From: Octopus vulgaris | Taxonomy: Eukaryota | Direction of reading: 5' to 3' | Assembly: GCA_951406725.2 (NCBI GenBank) | Contig: OX597827.1 | Span: 83,638,001-83,702,000 of the forward strand | DNA length: 64,000 bases | Shown here: positions 1 to 12,029 of the stretch, piece by piece | How the letters are laid out: every line of letters begins with the position of its first letter | Position numbering within the stretch: position 1 is the stretch's first letter | The notes under the pieces: generated by a model | What the model saw: only the letters and a program-made list of their open reading frames with translations | Databases searched by the model: none | What the model was told of the DNA's origin: nothing | Position numbers and translations under genes: made by a program

Positions 1-560
1 ATTTTCTGAAATGCCCAGGAGGCTCCCTAGAGGTTGTGGAGAGTGTTCGTTATCTGGGTGACCTAATTAGTAGTGGAAGAGGATGTTCTGAAAGTAAGGT
101 TGCTGGAATAAGAACAGGTTGGAGAAAGTTCAGAGTGAAAAGCAGATTGTATGAGGTTTGGGTACAAACAGCAATGCTCCATGGTAGTGATATGTGGGTC
201 CTGAATACAAGGAACATTTGATGACTGGAGATGAATGAAGCCTGTATGCTCTGCTGTTTTTGCAATATTAATGTGCATGTGCAACAAAGCATAAATGTAT
301 TGAGAGAAGAGTAATCAGATGTAGCATACAAGAGAGTAAAACTGTTTGGTCATGTGATGTATATGGATAGGGAGAGTCATATGAAGAAGGGAGAGTCATA
401 TGAAGAAGCGGATGGAACCTGCAAGAGAGACCCAGGAAGACATGGATTGAAGCAGTGAGGGCTGATCTGAAGAGGCTGAGCTTCACAGAAGAGATGACAA
501 TGGACCTTGATGTCTGGCAAGATGAGGTTCTTGAGAAGACCTGACCACCTCAGTGAAATA
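1..560 (+). mobile_element. Decayed RTE-clade LINE, 3' part of ORF
   Basis: Translates to VVESVRYLGDLISSGRGCSES..GIRTGWRKFR..TAMLHGSDMW, similar to the better-preserved RTE copy at 25513-26534; frameshifted. Confidence 0.8.
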
Positions 561-1444
561 GAGTTCTGGAAGCATCAGCTACAATGTGCTCTCCATCCCC
601 ACATTACATTAATTCACCTTCCACCCCCCCACCCTTCATATATCAAACTACTTCTCAAGATTCCTTTTCCTCTTGTCTCCCTTTCCACCTGTTTCTGCAG
701 CCCCAAATCCCTTTGTCATCCCTCTCTCTATCCCCTCCCCCTAACAATTGCATCATTGCTGTCCAGCCACTCCCCCCCCCTGTACACTTGAGATCACAAC
801 TCACTGCATTCCCCTTCTCCTGTCCTCTCCCTGCCCAATCCTCCACCCCACTCTCATTCACCTCCTCCTACCTCAAGGCTATGCCCTGACATATCTTCAG
901 CAACACTATCTCTCCCCTCCAGCTAGGGTTGCCATCTAGCTTCTCTGTAGCAAAGGGCCTGTTTCCAGCCTCGCATCACCTGGCACAAAGCCATCTCCTT
1001 CAATACTACTCCCCCACCCGACCTTTTCAGCTGAGAGGGGGGGGGGGTCTTGTCTTGCAAGTTACTTGACCTCACTGGTGCCACATAAAATGCACCCAGG
1101 ACATTCTGTAAAAGTAGCTGGCATTAGGAAGAACATCGAGCAGTAGGAACCCTGGCAAAGCAGACAGAGGAGCTGGTGACCCAGAGGGCTCTGCCAAGCT
1201 CCTCTGAAGCTGTCCAACTCATGCCAGCATGGAAAGCAGGCGTTCAATGATGTAAAGTGAATTTTATCTTTGAAAAGAGCAGGGACTGTTTAGAAACTAC
1301 TGTTAGCAGGTATCCACTGGTTAACAGAAGCGGGGGACTGTGCATCTTCTGCCAGGTATTGAGTGCTTTCTTCAGTTCGTGTGTACTCAATACCGCAATG
1401 ACAGTCTCTCTCACACACACTCATATATATACACGCACCTATAT

Positions 1445-1755
1445 ATGTTGGCACTCAGTTATGGTGACAAGGGTTCCAGTTGATCCGATCAACGGAACAG
1501 CCTGCTCATGAAATTAACTTGCAAGTGGCTGAGTATTCCTCAGACACATGTGCCCTTAATGTAGTTCTTTGCGTAACACAGAGTGTGACAAGGCTTCCCC
1601 CTTTGAATTACAGGTACTACTTGTTTTTGCCAGCTGAGTGGATGGGAGCAATGTGAAATAAAGTGTCTTGCTCAAAGATATGACGCACTGCCAGGAATTG
1701 AACTCATGACATTATGGTCACAAGCCAAATACCTTAACCACTAAGCCATGTGCCT
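1445..1755 (-). mobile_element. tRNA-derived SINE
   Basis: Minus strand begins GGCACATGGCTTAGTGGTTAAGG (A-box-like) ... GAGTTCAATTCC (B-box-like); related heads at 3925 and about 49840. Confidence 0.65.
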
Positions 1756-1804
1756 ACATACACACACACTCACATGTGCATGCACATTTATATATATATA
1801 TATA

Positions 1805-1935
1805 CAGGGTGTCCCCAAAAAATGTATACACATAATGGTTCGGCAAAAGAGAATGATATAATAAGTACTAGGCTTACAAAGAATAACAAATTTACAATTA
1901 TTTAAGGTGTGTATACATTTTTTTGGGACACCCTG
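1805..1935. mobile_element. Tc1/mariner-type MITE (131 bp)
   Basis: 28-bp TIRs CAGGGTGTCCC(C/A)AAAAAATGTATACACA with 1 mismatch; TA on both sides, inside a (TA)n tract. Confidence 0.85.
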
Positions 1936-1969
<34 letters not shown>

Positions 1970-2559
1970 GAAGAGGGAACCCAGGAAGACATGAGACAAG
2001 GTATTGAAGAACAACCTCAGGATGCTGAGCCTTTCAGACAAGATGACAAAGGACAAAAATAGCTGGCACCTTGCTGTCCACAAGGAGACCCATCCTCCAC
2101 AGCAAGAAGCGTTGAGGCCACTTCCCCTGGGGAAGAATCCTGTGTCAGTGCCATGTTAAAAGCACCCAGCTCACACTGTCGGAGTGGTTGGCATTAGGAA
2201 GGGCATCCAACTGTAGAAACCATACCAACTCTAACTGGAGTCTGGTGCAGCCTCCCAGCTTACCAGCCCTGGTCAAACTGTCCAACCCATGCCAGCATGG
2301 ACAATGGACGTTAAAGAATGATAATGATGACATATATACATACAAATACACACGTATATAGTGAACTTATTGTATACAGTGCTCAGGTGCACAACAACTC
2401 ATCCGAAAAGGAAGTCAAAAGTGCATGCAATAATGCACAAAAAAAATGAACAGCGAATGATTTGCTTAAAATCTATGTCCACTGAAACACACAGACACTC
2501 ACTCCTGTATATAAGTGTGTGTGTGTGTGTGTGTGTCTTAGAATCAACAACATCCATGA

Positions 2560-3744
2560 CCACGCAACCAACAGAAACTGAAATACTTCAACACAACACA
2601 ACACTAGAGACCACTCAACCACCTTACCATCAACATTACTACTGTAGTACCACCACCACCACCACCACCACCACCACCACTATTATTATACTCTCCCCCC
2701 ACTGCAATGGAGGTGAAATTCCAAAGTTAAACCTCAGTTTATGACACAAAGAAAGGCATGCTTGCCACAGCAGCAAGCTAGTTGGTATGTCACTGTTATC
2801 AAGCATCCCTAGCTGTAGAAACCAGTGATATACTGGGGAGAGGGATGATGGAGGGCAAGACGTGGGTGGGGGAAAAAAAACCATTCCTTAATCCTAAAAT
2901 TCTAAATTCCCTCCCACTCTCACCTAATTCCTTCCTTTTACCACAACCTCACTTTTGCCACTTTCTAAAGGTCACTCCTCCTCCCAGCACCACTGGCCAA
3001 TCTCTCTCTCTCCCCCACTCGCCTCCCCATCCCACAAATGACACCTCTTTCTATTCACCTGCTCTCACTACCACTCTCTTTGCTTTCATTCCTCCTTCTT
3101 TAACCTTCTTCCTTCTCTCTTTCTCAAAATCACCCCCCACCCCCAACAACTTTCTGCAATTCTCACCATTGCCTCCGACATGCTTCAACATCACCACCAC
3201 TGCATCCGTAACCTCTCCTCACCACCACTGCTACAGTCCATACTACAATCATCACTACTACCACATGCAGTGGTCTTACCATTCGACTATTACTACCACC
3301 AGCACCATTGCAGCTTCCACAATCAACACCACCACCACAACAGCTAATACTATAACCAATACTGTAATAACCACAGCCACCAGCACTACAACCTCCACAA
3401 GTAATACTATTGACACCACTTCTACTACAACCAATACTGCAGCAACCACCATTATTACCAATATCTGTTGTATGCCCCCCCCCCCCCCCACCAATAATAG
3501 TAGTAACAGTAGCAATAGTAAGTCAGTGGTGGTGGTGGTAGTAGGAGCAAACTATCAACTACTAAAATATACATCAGTCTCTGTAGTACCACTGCCACCC
3601 ATGTTAGTAGTTCCATGACCACCACTAGTAGTATTAGTATAATAAACTATCAATACATTATGTGTGTGTGTGATACTATTCCACCACCAGCACCAACAGT
3701 TGTAGAATCTACCAATACACACCAGTAGCTGTAGCACCACCACC

Positions 3745-3775
<31 letters not shown>

Positions 3776-3780
3776 TCTAA
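2560..3780. repeat. Low-complexity (ACC)n/(ACT)n/(AGT)n degenerate trinucleotide region
   Basis: Directly visible; explains the Thr-rich 278-aa ORF. Confidence 0.85.
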
Positions 3781-3924
3781 CAATTCTATGAATAACTTTC
3801 TACACACATTTCATGTTTTATTCTCATATTTCACATCCAATTTCATAACCTGCACAAATAACTATGTGCACACACACACACATATATAGGTGTGTGTGTT
3901 TGTATGTGTATATGTGTGTGTGTG

Positions 3925-4170
3925 GAGGTGCATAGCTTAGTGGTTAGGGTGTTGGACTCTCATGATTGTAAGAGTGAAGTTTCAATTCCTGGACTGGGCA
4001 ACACATTGTGTTCTTGAGCAAAACCCTTCATTTCTTGTTGCTCCAGTTCACTCGGCTGGCAAAAGGGAGCAGCCCTGCACCAAATTAGTGTCCTATCCAG
4101 GTGGGGAATAGAGATGTCACGGAAACCAATCCTATGAGTGTGAATATGACTTGGAGAGGAGCTTGAATAC
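3925..4170 (+). mobile_element. tRNA-derived SINE
   Basis: TAGCTTAGTGGTTAGGG A-box-like and GTTTCAATTCC B-box-like head, then GTGTTCTTGAGCAAAAC shared with the copies at about 10630 (-) and 49920 (+). Confidence 0.65.
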
Positions 4171-5312
4171 TTAGTGCCAATGCACAAAACTCTTGCACCT
4201 TGAGTCACTCTGTTGCTTTTGCTAAATATTAATAAAAGGATATATGTGTGTGTCCGTGTGTCCTAATATAGGCCTCATCCGATGCTCTTCTTGCAAATAA
4301 AACACATCATTTATTATTATTATACACATCTCAGCACGTCACTATAAGAGTGTGTGTCTGTGTGTATACATGCATATCCATATATAGCTGCAGTCTCTCT
4401 GACAAGATTCCAACTAGGACCAGTGAAAGAAGTTCACAGGCCAAGTGTCTCCCTGACCATTAAGGCAGGGCACAAACCATATCTCAACTGTTGTTTTCCA
4501 ATCTAGAGACACATACTTAGAATAATTCCATTCATTCTAACCATTTTTGATAGTTACCCATTTTTCAACAAATATGCAGAGAACCTTTTCTCTCCGTCTT
4601 TATTTTCCTTTCTGAAGGGAACTAGAATATGTTGATAGGGGTTTGACGAAAGAAGAAAGAAGCCAGTCCGGTCAACCTCATCTACCACAGAACCTTTTTT
4701 TGCCAGATTCTGCAGACAGAGAAATACTGCTTGTCCATCTTTGTTACAGAAGGACAGAAGGAAGGTGGGACAATTGTCGCAACAAACTCAGCTGAACCAG
4801 ATTTGTCTGAAATGGGAAAATGGATGTTCAACACAACTGAAGTCAGCAATGTTGAGACACTGTACAAGTGTGTGTTGTAGGGTTTTTCCACTTTGCATGG
4901 ATCCCAGACAGTTCTGCCAGGCAGCATTTATGTAACTGTGGAGTAATGCCAGGTCAAGGATTTTTGAAAGTTATCTACAATTGTCTCCAACCCAAAGGTG
5001 CTCTGAAACAGACCATCACCACTTTCACTCCCCATTCATTCTCTATATATAAAGTGCAACTTCTTTTGCTCAACTGATGTGTGTGTGTGTGTGTACAGTG
5101 TATTGCCCAAAACTGGTTGGGGAATGAATAACAATGGTTTCAAATTCTGGAGCAGGGCTAACAGTTTTTGAGGGGTCGGGGCATCAATTACATTGGCCCC
5201 CAGTATGGGTCTCAAAAGGACGAAATGTAAAGTCGACTTTGGAGGAATTTGAACTCAGATGAAATGTTGCTAAGCATTTTGTCCAGTCCTGCCTTCTTAT
5301 AATAATAATAAT

Positions 5313-6114
5313 CACAAGGAAAGAATTCTTGGGATTGGCTTAGAAAAAGGTCTTTGAGAAAGGAAGCTAAGAATACCATAGTGGTTGCTGAGGACTAATG
5401 TAATACAACAAATGCCAAGAGTAGATTTGTTTGGGGAAGTGATGTTGTCTCTCTGCAGACTGCATGGTATGGGGAATGAGGGAGTGGCTCGTTTAATGCT
5501 TGCACTGGGAGAGAGTACAAGGCTTGACACCTATACCAAGTTACTGGGATCACACATTGGAAACTTTGCCAGAAATAGGGATCTGAGCATGTGAAGACAT
5601 GGTATGAATACCAAACTGAGAGAAGATTTCTATCAGAGTGTCGTAGAATCTTCTGGGATTTCCCCATAAAATCAGATAAGCACTTACACCATGACAAACC
5701 TGCCATCACCATTGTTGATAGGATTTGTAAGCTGTGTCTCCTTACTGAGCCATCATGTCCGTTCGAAACATGACTAGAAAATAGGAAGCAGAATCGTTGA
5801 CAAATTATAACACGTATGAAATCATCAGGATACGGAAAATGAAGAAAGTGACTATCATTGTAGTAATTTTAGGAATATTAGGAGCAGCGAAGGACACCAT
5901 TGCAAAATGGACTGAGAAGATCAAAGGAGATTGTGAGGTAGAGCTGCTTCTTGGAAAATAATATGAAGGACACCCAAGGATTAGATTAACTAAAAGTACT
6001 GGAAAAGGCTAGGAGGGGGATGCTTGGTACCTAAGACTAGGGGTTGTAGCCAGTTGTCAAAGTTGAAAAGTGACCAGGTTATAAGAACCACCCTGACAAA
6101 AATACAAAAAAGTA
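5313..6114 (+). mobile_element. 5'-truncated, decayed R4/Dong-like non-LTR retrotransposon (restriction-like endonuclease region)
   Basis: IFWDFPIKSDKHLHHDKPAITIVD...EPSCPFE resembles the WDFPIQTD..HNRPDI..D RLE motif; (TAA)n on both sides. Confidence 0.7.
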
Positions 6115-6193
6115 AATAATAATCCTTTCTATTCTAGGTACAAGGCCTGAAAGTTTGTTGTGGTGGTGGAGGGGAGGCAGTTTAAGCCAATTA

Positions 6194-7441
6194 TAAGGTC
6201 ATCCCATAAGTTCTGTCCGAATTTTGAATAAAGAAAACAAGTGATCATATGTTATATTTAATTGAAATTTAATCATCAATATACTTTCCCTGATTATCTA
6301 TGACTTCCTTCCATCTATTTACAAGCTTTTTAATCCCATCAATGTAAAACTCTTTTGGTTTCAAAGCGAAGAACTCTGAAATGTCAGTTTCGACCTCCTC
6401 CTGGCATGCGAAAGTTATGTCCCCCCCTCCAATGATTCTGTAAACTACAAAACAAATAGTTGTCTGAAGGAGCAAGGTCGGGTGGATAAGGAATTTTTTC
6501 CCAAACAAGCTCTTCGATCTTCTGTGATGTGATCTTTGCAGTGTGGGGTCACGCATTGTCCTGATGAAACATCACTCCCTTTCCATTCACTAAAGCAGGT
6601 CTTTTTTTCTTCAAAGCTTGGTTCAAACATTCTAATTGCTGACAGTAGACTTGATCATTGATTGCTGCATTAGGTAGTAACAATTCAAAGGGAATTACTC
6701 CTTTGCAATCCCACCAGATGGAGAGAAGAACCTTTTTCCCATGAAGTTCCCTTCTCGGTTGTGGTTGAGCTTTTTACCTTTTACCAAGCCACTGTTTACA
6801 ATGTTTAACATTTCAATAGAAGATCCATTTTTTGTCACCAGTCACAAGTCTATCCAAAAAGGGTGAAATGAGTTTGCGAGAATGGAGAGAAGAGCCGATG
6901 TCAACTCAGGATTTGCGGTTGCTTTCGGACAATTCATGAGGCACCCACTTTTCAAGTTGTTGAAGATGATGATGAACAGTTGTATGGTTTGAACTAAGCT
7001 TTTATTGCCAATTCTTCAACTGATAATGCAGGATATTCTTAAAGTAATGCCTCAAGGAGCTTATCATCAAACTCAACTGGATGTCCTGTTCGATCTTCAT
7101 CTTCAAGGCTGAAATCTCCACTTCTGAATTTTGGAAACCATCTTCTGCAAGTTCTTTCCCATAAACTGAGTGCATGTTTCGAGTCACTTTGGCTGCAGTT
7201 TCCTTTTTTGTACTCATAAAGCATTATGTGCCTTAAATGCTCTTTGGATACTTCCATGTTAGAAAGAGTTTTAATCAAAGAAATTTTAATTCTATTATTC
7301 TGTAAAATAATATTTAATTAGTTCAAATGTACACAAATGCTTAAGGATAATTTTTAATTCCATTAGACATTCTAAAATATTATTAAATTTCATTCAATTT
7401 CAAAAAAAGGAAAATTGGACACAACTTATGGGATGACCTGA
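6194..7441 (-). mobile_element. Near full-length mariner transposon (1248 bp), transposase pseudogene
   Basis: TIRs T(A/C)AGGTCATCCCATAAGTT(C/G)TGTCC with TA duplication (6192-93, 7442-43); minus-strand MEVSKEHLRHIMLYE..RRWFPKFRSGDFSLED, VTGDKKWI, HQDNA, DLAPSDNYLF, FYIDGIKKLVNRWKEVIDNQGKY; frameshifts; interrupts a SINE. Confidence 0.92.
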
Positions 7442-7601
7442 TACATCAACTCCCTACACTCGACTGGTACTTATTTTAGTGACCCTCGAAGGGATGAAAG
7501 GCAAAGTCGATCTCAACAGAAATGCCACTAAGCATTTTGCCTTAGTGCTAACAGTTCTGCCATCTTGCTGCCTTAATAACAACAACAACAACAACAATAA
7601 C

Positions 7602-7632
<31 letters not shown>

Positions 7633-8088
7633 CATATGACAATTTGCAATAAAAACTCAGTGGATTTCATGCAATGAGTTGTCGTGTTTTATGAAACTGA
7701 TTTGCTGGTTAAGAGCAGAAATGAAGTCAGTCTGTGCTGAAAACATGTTGAAAAGACACCCAGAAGTCTAGACAGAAACTAAGTTCTTTTAATTATTTAG
7801 TAATGTGCATGATTTTTTTTTTTAGCCCTAGGTAGGTCCTGATCAAACTAACTTATCAAAATCATTCCAAATGTGTCCATCCTATCTCTTACTTAAGTGA
7901 AAGGGAGCCCATGATTGCATTATCCAGTGTGTCCTTCTTTAAGATGGTGAGGCATGAATTGAGGGAGATTTGACTATTTCCAGCAAGTTGAGAAAGTACG
8001 TAGGGACACCTTTTTGTATGTAATACACGTCTTAGATTTACACATGCATGTGTGTTTATTACAAACGTATTACCCATAAATACATGCT

Positions 8089-8129
<41 letters not shown>

Positions 8130-9383
8130 AGTATTATGTATATTACAATATATACATTTATATGAGAGGATCACAGATATATATGCACTCTCCTAGATTT
8201 TCTTATAATTGAGGTCTTATCATTTAACAGCTGCCTTTCATGCTGGCATGGGTTGGAGAAATCATAAATGCTGTGACAATCATGCCTTCCCTAAAATTAT
8301 TAGCCCTCAGAGTAATAAGAAACAGTTATAAGTAGGAACTGAGAGCGGTTGTTTGCTATACTACACCTAAGGAATGCATTATATATATATAGACACACAC
8401 ATATTTAACGTGTTTATATATATCTATACACACACAAATTCTTCAGATTATTTGACAAATAAATGGACAGTAGACAACAGACCCCCTCCAAAAGCATCAA
8501 CGATTTTACTAATTCTTCATCCCCCACTTCTTTTGGTCAGTTTTAAACTATTTCTAATGAGAGAGAGAAGTCTATTGTCTCGTCAGCCAGCCAACTAACG
8601 AGCTGTGGCTTTTAACCTCTCCTTAGATCATCCCCAACACTAAAATCCATTAACGGCCACTGGAATTATTGATCTGATATTAACAAATTCCTGCAGCCAT
8701 TAGCCATAAAAGATGGTGTCACCAATGGTGAGAATTTGGACGAATGATGGAATAACATTTAAAATATTACATTTCATGGTTGGAAACAGTTTTTGGACAA
8801 TGAACACACACACACCGAGTGGTCTAAGTGTAAACAAACATATGGTGTGTGCGCGTGTGTACAAGTGGGACATCACAACTGCCCATTCAATGCAGTTCTC
8901 TCTCTCCCTCACCTTCATATTGTATTTTTTGTTTTGTTTGTTCTTTTATTCAATGGATAAAGTGAGAGGAGGAAGGGCCAAGCCCATAACTCTTTCATAA
9001 GGACCTGAAGAGGAGGAAATTATCCTTAGACCTGGTTTCTTTGAGACAATGGATGATACTGTTAAAGATATCAAATGACCAGAACACCACCAGGAACAGG
9101 TCCTCTGTCAGGTAGCCACAGGGTTCCTGTTTACAAATTCACTGACAAAGGGTTTGATTGACCCGAGGCACTATGAAGTGGGATTGAATCTACAACAAGA
9201 AATGTGACTTACCTCATCAGCTGCCCTTCAAATTGTTTTACAGTCAAGAAGAATCTATAGATTTACTTGGCCTGAGAGAAATAGCAGCTAAATTACTTCA
9301 AAGTGCATAACTAAACCTTAAAAGAAAGAAGACCACCATCACACTGCTCAAAGTAGAGGTACAACTGGATGGAATGTCTTTAA

Positions 9384-9605
9384 CTCTTTTGTTACCAACC
9401 CAGCTGAAACCGGCTCTGGCCCTGTTGTACAAATGTCTTGTTTCCATAAGTTTTGAATTAAAATCTTCTACCAAACCTGAGTCACAGTTTATGTTCGTAA
9501 CACTAGCTTAATGATAACCAAGTTATTTTACTAAATTCTTTGTTATATTTACAAGTAATTGAAAAAAACACACAGCATCTCAAAATAAATACAGTAATGA
9601 AAGGG
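9384..9605. mobile_element. piggyBac-type MITE
   Basis: TTAA at 9380-83 and 9606-09; imperfect 12-bp TIRs CTCTTTTGTTAC / GTAATGAAAGGG. Confidence 0.7.
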
Positions 9606-10138
9606 TTAATCACAGATTAACTCAGCCAGGGTTGACTTGGGGTCAAACTACAAGAGAGTCTGGTTGACTGACTCACTTCCTCACAGATGGCTGCTCATGC
9701 CACCACCATCCGTCCAGTCTGACTCTCCTCTTGTTAACCTCCAAAACCTGCACTAATCACTACAGCCATTCCTACCACCTCGGGTAGGGCCTCCCACTGA
9801 AACCCCTATCCATAGCAGGCTTTTCATGTTGAAGAACCTTTAAGGGGTTACAGACAGCCCATTCCTCAACACAAAATCAATAAATCCATAAAACTATAAA
9901 AAATATTCTAACTTACCCTTTACATTTCATGATTGTGTTCCCTGATGAGGTGGAGCGGCTAAGTCTACCAACACAGTATTTCAGTCCTGTACTTTCCCCT
10001 GTAACACCAAATATCTTCATATCTCACCTCAGTTCTTCTTTATAGACCCCTAAATGATCAATCAACATGCTAGAAATAACATCAAAGTCCTAAAACCAGT
10101 ATCTTACCCGACTTGTATCTGACTCCCATTGTTCACTC

Positions 10139-10440
10139 TTGATAAAATTCCAAAACGTTCCATCTTCACTCCACCAGGGTCATTCTCCCCGCCACATAAA
10201 ATGTGCAAAAACCCACAGGGCCCCTTTTGTTACCCTTCAGCATTGCACCCCAGAGTTAGCTTCTGTCTTTGCAAAACCCTTCAATCTTTCTTTCTGTCTG
10301 AGGATAAACCCTAATCTTTGGAAGCATTTTCTAGTGACTTCCACCACCTTTCCAAAGAACAAGAATCACACACAGCATCCCATTCCTGTCTCACTTCTAT
10401 CATCTCTAAAATAGCAGAAAGAATCATCACTTACAAGATG
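10139..10440 (+). mobile_element. CR1/Jockey-group LINE RT N-terminal fragment (decayed)
   Basis: LQHCTPELASVFAKPFNLSF...WKH.LV and LTSIISKIAERII in mixed frames. Confidence 0.6.
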
Positions 10441-10707
10441 GAATCCTCTGTCAAAGACAATATACAAGTGTCCTGCTTTTGTTGAATGACCTGTACAACA
10501 AACGATTTGCTTAGAGTGATCAAATGCAGGTGTTGTATATCAGCTCCCTCCCTCCATTAAATCGACTTTCTCCAAACACGTGTACGGCAGGTGTCAAAGT
10601 GATTGCAGAACAATGTGAGGTGAAGTGTTTGGCTCAAGAACGCAGCAAACCACCTGATCCAGAAACTGAAACCATGATCTCGTGATCAGGGGTGCAACAC
10701 CCTAACC

Positions 10708-10926
10708 CATTTCTTTACTACCCACAAGGGGCTAAACACAGAGAGGACAAACGGATTAAGTCGATTATATCGACCCCAGTGCATAACTGGTACATAATTT
10801 ATCGACCCTGAAAGGATGAAAGGCAAAGTTGACCTTGGCGGAATTTGAACTCAGAGCGTAACGGCAGACGAAATACGGCTACGCATTTCGCCCGGCGTGC
10901 TAACGTTTCTGCCAGCTCGCCGCCTT
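10708..10926 (-). mobile_element. Young tRNA-like SINE with 20-bp target-site duplication
   Basis: AGGGGTGCAACACCCTAACC at 10688-10707 and 10927-10946; CpG-rich; head AAGGCGGCGAGCTGGCAGAA..GAGTTCAAATTCC. Confidence 0.85.
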
Positions 10927-12023
10927 AGGGGTGCAACACCCTAACCAATAAGCCATTACCCTCATGACTTACAGGTTAACAGAAATGTTGAGGGAACCTG
11001 TTCTCCTTCATCACACCCCATCAATTAATCCCACTTGAGGAATTCACCAAAAGTTAAAACTGTTGCACCTGATCATGTACAGCAGGAAAACTCCCTGGCC
11101 CAATTATCCACCGGGATTTTTTTAGGCTAGCAGCTTCCTGCAAGAGAGCATAACCATCACTTTCTCTGGCCACACTATCCACTCCGTGTTCTACCCAAAG
11201 AATTCCTTGTCTACATAAACAACACCTGCTTGCGGTCACTTCCAGCCTTGCAGAGTCGGCTTTACACAATAACACTCTGTAACGGTCATCATTGTCGTAC
11301 GACCTTTATGTCAACCTTGCAGTGATTTTATCACCAGACAAAATCTATTTTCAACGGGGACAGTATTTTCCCCATTGTCTTGTCATGATGGTTTCTGTAC
11401 AACTGCACCTCTTGCCTCTAGTCATGGACAAAGCCCTAACTACCCGCCCCTCAAATGCTAAGCCCCATGACCAGAGCTATGATCTCTCTCTCCCTGCTGA
11501 CAATCCCACATCCTCAACATCCCAAACACTGACCCCTCCAGACAAAAATACTTCTGCTTCGAGCAATTGCTACTTTTCAAGTGAGCCCCACAATGGGACA
11601 TGAAAACATCACGGGCTCATTAATAACATTGAATTTTAAAGTTGTGTCCCTTGCACTTCTTGACAAGAATTTTCATTAACATTAACGACTTGTTGGTTTA
11701 TTTATGTCCTCTTAGCATTTCAGCAAAAGACACTGACACTTATTAAGTAGAAGATTTTAAAAAATAAGTACTGGGGTCAATTTGTTGGATTAAACTCTGG
11801 AAGGCAGTGCCCAAGCATGGCCACGGCCCTATAAATAAAACAAGTAAAAGATAAATCAATTTCAACACATTGTTTTGTTAGAAATAGGAAAAGTGGAAAC
11901 GGGTTTTGTTTCCGTGTCCCCTTAAATCCCTTCCCCGCCTCACCACTCAGATGCCATCCTTCTTCTCACCAAACAAGAACAAAAAAAGTAAAGAAAAAAG
12001 AAACAACATAAAAAATAAAGAAG

Positions 12024-12029
12024 TTTATT
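12024..12029 (-). terminator. Candidate poly(A) signal of TBP
   Basis: AATAAA on minus strand followed by a long U/GU-rich tract (about 11970-12020); a proximal AATAAA also lies at 13136-13141. Confidence 0.45.

Noticed and set aside
2782-3618. 278-aa Thr/Pro/Ser-rich ORF (mucin-like)
   Set aside because: Product of a degenerate ACC/ACT repeat; non-ATG start, no splice or domain support
3925-4000. tRNA genes
   Set aside because: A/B-box-like heads run into SINE bodies; no complete cloverleaf or oligo-T terminator found
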